The notes beneath the pieces are model-generated. The model made no database searches, was not told the origin of the DNA, and saw only the letters and a list, made by a program, of their open reading frames with translations. A program made the position numbers and the translations under genes. DNA of 64,000 bases from a virus (lineage: Duplodnaviria > Heunggongvirae > Uroviricota > Caudoviricetes), in IMG/VR virus record IMGVR_UViG_3300028805_000045; one strand, given 5' to 3'. Every line of letters begins with the position of its first letter. The stretch's first letter is position 1. Shown in pieces: positions 57,806 through 64,000 of the stretch.

Positions 57806-59572
57806 TAACTTACTTGAACTCCTTTTATCTAAACTATTGTTATGGGAATATTCTCAGTAGGAGGTTCTCCAAATGCTGTTGCAACAATAGTTGTTCCATT
57901 TGATCGTGTAAATTCTAACCCTGCAGAAACAATAGCGGTATGAACGCCTTCAGTAGCAGTACCTTGCGGGCCAATTATTAAAGTGTCAGTTGCGTCACTA
58001 TTAATTGTAATATTCTATGTATATATACCGTTAGTAGCATTCCAACCACTACTAGTTAATGTTTTATTATAACTTTTTATATTTGCAGCCTCTAAATCTT
58101 TACTTGCATGGCCTGTAACGTTTGCTTCAATTCCACCAGGAACTTTCATTAAACCAGTTGAAGGATTAAGAGTTGGAACTTTGGTGATATCATCCCATAC
58201 AACACCATATATAGTATTAGTAGAGCTGCCATCCGTTTCAGTAGTTCCTATACCGCCCGTGGTTGTTATTTTTGTACGACTTACTAATAATGGATAATCC
58301 CCATTATATCCACTCTTTTGCCTATAAACACGAAGTCCATAATTAATACCTGAATCATACTATGTAATTAGACGCCAGCATCCATGTGCTGTTGCACGAG
58401 CATTAGAAGCGATTATACTAGTACCACTTACTGCGCCATATACACTACATGTTGCGGCACTATCATATCTTAATGTAATAGACATGTTGTTATTAAACCA
58501 GTTCTATAATCTTGAGCCATTACTATGAATGATTGGATGATATGTAGTACCATTGTCTAATGATAACCAAGTACCATAGTCATGTGCGGCACTAGGGATT
58601 TTAACAGTAACTATATCTCCATCTATTGGTTCTATACCAGCATTATATTTCCAGGATGCAGGACGATAACGTGGGTTTGCTGAGGCACCTAAGTCTGATG
58701 CAGTAACACCAGTACCATCAGTTATTGTCGGAGAATTAATAGCTTTTGCAGAAAGTTGAATCGCGCCATTTAGATACTAAATATATGCTTTTTCTGTTGT
58801 TATATTTGTATTAAAAGCCAACTTACCAGTTAAACCAATTGCGCCCGCGGCGTATAATTTATAAGTATTCTATGTTGCATTTGTATCGCCGAGCTATAAA
58901 TTATTGTACTAATTAAAACGAGCAATTTCAGCACTCGCTTGCTAAATGACTATACTCGCACCACTCGCCCTATTTAAAAATAGTGTGCTACCGCTACTAA
59001 TTGTTAATGTCTTTCCCGCAGTATCTGGAGAAAGAGTAATATCAGCTCCAACGGCGCCAGTAACTTTTAAGCCGCGAGAAGCCATTGCACCTGTACCATT
59101 ACCCACAATAACACAATCAGCTGTAAAAGTTGTCGCCCCAGTGCCACCGCGTCCAACTCCTAATGTACCAGAAGTTAGCTTACTTGTTGATAAATTAGGA
59201 ATGTCATCTGCAGTTAAACTACGAAATGTTGGGGCGGCATTCGAGTCAGAGGTTCCTGCTGGCCCAGCGAGCACTGTATTATGGGTCTAAGCTACAAATG
59301 AAATAGTTGTATTTAATGAAGAGGTTTGAGCAGTATTTACACTAGACTAAAGTGGAGAGGCGGCCTGTACTCGTACACTAGTTACACCAGAATTACCCCA
59401 AAATATATTAGTGCCATTTGTTTTTAAAACCTATCCATTAGTTCCCGCCCCATAAACTGCTTCAGTATCAGAAGTAGAAGCAATTATTGTCTAAATTCGT
59501 GCTGATTCTGAAAGAATAGTATTAGTTACCTAAAGATTACCAGTAACCAATGTATCTTTTAACTAAGCCATA
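57805..59572 (-). CDS. Tail fibre protein with about 13 in-frame TAG codons
   Basis: Hand-traced frame from MA-TAG-LKDTLVTGNL joins ORF 58942..59274 and ends in TAA, overlapping the next start (TAATG). Confidence 0.45.
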
Positions 59573-59583
59573 TATTCACCTCC

Positions 59584-61647
59584 TTACATTTCTATAAAAT
59601 CTTTGGCGATTATTTGACCGTCGCGTACAAAAGATACTTTTTGATTTATCCATGAGTTTGAATCTATAATTCGATTATAAAATTGTCCTTTTCGAGTTAT
59701 TTTAACTGGAGAAGGGGTCATTAATGGGGTGGAATTAATTGAAAATACTTTATTTTGATTATTAGTATCATTAGGTAAATCAGAATAACGATATGATATT
59801 ACAATCATTCCATAAGCAGCATTTTTAGCTTCATATGGTATTACTAATGTTTTTTCAGTAGCCTCACAAATTTTAGGAGAAGTAATACTACTCTATGTAA
59901 GAGTATCATTAAGTATTGACAATGATTGCAATGAAATTGTTTTTATTAAATTATCATTGTTATCATAAATTTCTAAATAACTTTGATAATAATAGTTTTT
60001 AACAAAATGAGTAGTGCTAACTTGACGATAATAGTTACCTGTCCTACTCCATTTTGAACTGGTGTATTGAGCATCTATAGGTATAATTGAAATAGCAGGA
60101 GAATGTATAATATATTCATTTGCTCCCTGAAAATAAAATTTATTATATTTTTTAGTATATTCTACGACAGATAAATACTTAGTTTTTTGACTTGGAGCAA
60201 TAGTGCCAACGACGGAATATTCTGTTACGATACCACTAGAACTAGTAATATCAGCAGTATCATTTACTTGATAAGATTGATTAAATTGAGTTCCTTGAGT
60301 ATTTTCATTCTATTCTATAAATTCAACCGCATGAATATTATTCAAATTATCTATTCTCATACTATTATTATACAACAATTTTATGTCATTGTCAAGTAAT
60401 GGAGTACAATAAATTCTGACATCACTTATATTGCCCACTTGATCAGTACTCTGTGGTTCATTTTGACTTGCCTTTGCTTCTCCTGAAATTACTAAAGGAG
60501 TATTATTTGCATATTTAATTGTATCTAATGAAAAAGTAACTTCCGTACTAGTTTTTTCTATTCCATCTATATAAATTTTAACGGAAGTTCCATCAAAGAC
60601 TCCAGTAAACATATGCCAACCATTTGTTAAACTAGTATGATCTATTGCGCTACGCGCTATTTTGTAACCACCTATATTTGTTAAATATACTGGGAATTGT
60701 ATTCCATATGTAGTGCCGCCATATTCAAAATTCCATCCTCCGCCTTGTGTACAAGAAATGGGATTTCCCCATGTAGTCCATTTTGTCCATAAGTTTACTG
60801 TCATCTATTCTTTAGGTAGCCAGTCTCCACTCTATCTTGGAGAAATTGCATACTATTCATTAGTAAAATTTGTAGAAGTTGAATATCGTGCGGTATTAGT
60901 ATCTGTTGTGCCGCCGATAATATTTAAGTAATTCCCATATCCACTTGCGTCAGAAACTCGCCCGTCCATAATAGATTCTTTAGTAAAAGTCCAATGAGCA
61001 ATTAATCCTTGTGATATTTCTTTTACTTCAAGTGGACTTAGACAATGATCATAAATGCGGACGTCATTTAATGAACAAGCTGGTTTATAGTTGTTATTTG
61101 TTCCCGGTACATCCCAATTAAATATAGATATTTTTGTAGCTATTGCATGATTTGTATAACTCTAAGTTAATTCTGATTTTCCGTCTACCCATAACTAGAA
61201 TTCTTTTTTAGTATTATCATATGTTAAAGCTAAATGATGCCATTCATTTTTTATATTAGTAGTACCATAATAAGTATAATATGTACGAGAGCTTCCATTT
61301 CCTGTACTGCAACATATACGATAATCATCCGTAGAAATCTATTTGACATTAATGCCAAATCCAGATTTATTTGCTGTAGAATGATTGCTGACTAATCCGT
61401 TAGCAGTATTCCCAACCGTTTCTGTAACTTTTGCCCAGCAACAAATAGATAAATCCTTATCGAGTAAAACAGTAGCATCTGAAGAAATATCTCCTGCAGT
61501 TTTTATATTGGGTCTACAATAACAGTTTCCAATTTTCCCTTCATTATTAATTATAATAGTAGAAGAATTAGAATTAATAAATTGTAAATTTGAACACCCT
61601 AAATTCCTTAAATCCCCATTTAAAGGAAGCCAAACCTGTAAACTCAT
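59584..61647 (-). CDS. Tail fibre or receptor-binding protein with a lectin/LamG-like domain and about 8 in-frame TAG codons
   Basis: Start MSLQVWLPLNGDL behind the SD AGGAGG. Joins ORFs 61339..61647, 60310..60804 and 59584..59808 across TAGs. Confidence 0.45.
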
Positions 61648-61717
61648 TTATTTTCCTCCTTTTACTCATATATATTAAAAATATGAGAGATATAAAATAT
61701 ATCTCTCATATTTATTA

Positions 61718-64000
61718 CTAAAATATAAAATCTAAACAGTTATCTGTTTCATTATATTCTATTGATACATGTTCATTTACTATATGAGTCTCTGCATGTA
61801 AAGTATGTGCATATAAATTTCCTTGTCCCATAATATAAGCGTTAGTAGTACCCCCAGCAGTAACTGCGACGTTAGCACTTGTAGGTTCATTCTGAGAGCC
61901 CATCAAATAATATTGAGTTGTAGTATCAGAAATTAATTTATAATCTACTTTTGTATTAGTATTAATCCAAGGAACGTTTACAAATGGCACTCCATTTATA
62001 TCTGTCTCAATTGCATAATAACGTCCCGGAGTGCTAGTTCTACTTTGAATTGCAGGAGGAGTGGTTGCGTAAGTACTATGAGAAGCTGTAATTTTTCCAG
62101 TTGTAGAATATAACGGATTAATTCCACCGAGTGTTGTTGAAGAGGCTTCATTTAGAGTTACATTACCTGATGATACTGATAATCCAGTTCCAAAACTTGC
62201 TACACCTAAAGCTGAAGCAGTAGCAGTAGGTAAATCTTCTGCTGTCGGTTTCGCCATTGCTTTAACCTTAACTGCAGAGCCATTTATCGTTAATATGGTT
62301 GCTTCCGCGCCCCATGATAAGGTCGGGACAGTGTTTGGAATTGTTGTATTCCCGGTATCTAATATGACTCTCCAGTCTTTTGCACTATTATTCACAACTG
62401 AACGGTGTAATAAATTTTCATTATTAGGAGACATAAAAATATCATGGAAGTATGTTGAACTCCAATAAACACGTATTGTCTAGATATTCGCTTTTGTTGT
62501 ATGAGAAGTATAATCCGCTGGATAACTCCATAATTTATAACTATTACTGGATCCCTCATAAGCATTCCCATCCGCAGAACCAACCGTTGGCTAACCCGAA
62601 TAATACTATAAACCACTTGTATTTTCTGTTGCGCTAGACGCGAGTAAATTTGCTTTAGTCGCTGTTGTAGCATTACCACTAAATGTTGTAGCAACAACAG
62701 TACCATTATCTTTAATAGTGAATAAATCTGTATATGAAGTACCACCATTAGTAGACTACTAGAATGTAAATACAGCAGTATTCGTTGTACTATCATCTGT
62801 GATTGTTATACGTTGTCTATATGTATCACTATTCCAATCTAAAATATTTGCGGTTGGAAATATTAAATTACCATTTATTGTTGTCGCGCCGTTTAAACGT
62901 GAAGCTCCTTTAACATCCAATACATAATTTGTTAAATCTGCATCACTATATTTGGAATTTAAACCTAAACGACTAAAGTATCCTGGAATGCTTGTGCCAC
63001 TAGAGGAAAGAAAGTAAAACCCATCAATATCTTGTTTTGCATAGATTCTGTCAACATTTCTTAAATATCCATTGTCATCTATACTTATTGAACTGGTTTG
63101 AATAGTTCTTCCGTTTGTCCCATTAAATCTCACAATTGCATTATTAGTAGAAGTTGTAGAAGAACTAGTCACATATCCTGAGTTATTATTAAACTCATTT
63201 AAATCAGTTGGGCGTCCAGATATATTTTCCCATGCTACACTTGTAGCACTACCAGCAGAAGTAGCATAAGGTACAGTAAAAGCACTACTAGTTTTCCCAC
63301 CGGCAGTAATAGTTACCTAATTGGCATTACTGGTGCTTGCCTAGATAGATGGATTATTTGCTAAATTGGTCGCGGTAGTAGCTGTATCAGCATTACCTTT
63401 AAAAGCTGCAGCGTATACATTCCCTTCAACTTCTAGCCATGCGGGAGAAGCACTAGTTCCACCTATAAGTTTTAACCCCGCGGGGTAACGATAACTATCC
63501 AAATCAGTATAAATTAAATGTACTGGTTGTGTTCCTGTATTTTCCTAAAATGTAATACGTGGATTTGTACTTGCTGCAGTCATTGTAGCTGTTGTTTCTC
63601 CGCCCAATACAATATTATGGAATGGGTTAGCAGTAGTACCAAGAGCAACAGTTTGATTACCTTTAATATCTCCAGTCATCGTTCCACCTGATAGAGGAAG
63701 CGCATACGAAGAATAATTGGTCGCGTTTAGAACAATACTGCCATTAATTTTTACATGATTATCATCTTTTGCTCTAAAACTTAGCCCCCAATAATTTGAT
63801 AAACAAATCCATTGACGTGTAACGGTAGAACCCCCACTAGTTTCCTCCACATCAAAGCCACCAAGTCCATACCAGCTAGCTCCATCAGAATTGTTGTCAT
63901 TATCTGAAGTAGTCCATTGTAATTTTCTCGCGGCTGAAGAATAAATTTTACCAGTCATATTGCCGCCTGCAAGTGGCAAGTAATCACCTAATGCTGCCTA
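61718..64000 (-). CDS. Tail fibre protein with a repeated LPLSGGTMTG motif; 5' end upstream of the window; multiple in-frame TAG codons
   Basis: ORFs 63545..63979, 62759..63172 and 61718..62434 join in one frame across TAGs. LPLAGGNMTG and LPLSGGTMTG are the conserved phage tail-fibre motif. Confidence 0.5.

Noticed and set aside
2019-62637. All plus-strand ORFs in the track (for example 2019..2201, 5822..6139, 15337..15693, 27183..27593, 27600..28175, 30696..31535, 36178..36429, 54216..54682, 58946..59290)
   Set aside because: They lie antisense inside well-supported minus-strand genes. They have low-complexity or shadow-ORF composition and no promoter cassette or SD. The whole window is transcribed in one direction.

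Overview
This window is an AT-rich stretch of a tailed phage (or prophage) genome. Every credible gene lies on the minus strand, and the plus-strand ORFs in the track are shadows. Three things stand out.

First, the amber codon TAG is read as an amino acid here, not as a stop. Dozens of minus-strand ORF-track fragments join in frame across single TAG codons into single domain-level genes. These include a Sak4-like ATPase, a PIN-PhoH ATPase, ClpP, a uracil/xanthine permease, a Dam-like methyltransferase and several tail-fibre proteins. The genes terminate with TAA or TGA. A tRNA with a CTA anticodon at 43958..44047 sits in the tRNA cluster. It has a long variable arm, which is most consistent with a serine-type suppressor like supD.

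Second, a conserved promoter-plus-leader cassette is repeated about 25 times on the minus strand. It matches the sigma-70 consensus (TTGACT, a 17-nt spacer, TATAAT, then ATATGTAAGAAAGG) and it drives both genes and tRNAs.

Third, 38.4-52.8 kb is a tRNA-dense region. At least 30 tRNA genes are interleaved with GC-enriched, ORF-free islands and with a recurring short motif (CAGCAAT, often within CTCTTACAGCAAA) placed just downstream of tRNA 3' ends.

Recognisable cargo includes type II topoisomerase subunits A and B, T4 endonuclease V (DenV), RNase H, a dNMP kinase, two ATP-dependent ligases (one with the KxHG motif of RNA ligases) and a polynucleotide-kinase-like kinase next to a metallophosphoesterase. 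There is also a Pol-beta-type nucleotidyltransferase next to an HD-domain protein, a PTH2-type peptidyl-tRNA hydrolase, a Ro60-like TROVE/vWA protein, an SPFH (band 7) protein, a protein phosphatase and an HNH endonuclease. The last 10 kb (53.9-64 kb) encodes giant Ser/Thr/Asn/Gly-rich tail-fibre proteins, and these carry the highest density of in-frame TAG codons.

All coordinates and folds were worked out by eye from the sequence. The tRNA anticodon calls in particular should be re-run with tRNAscan-SE.
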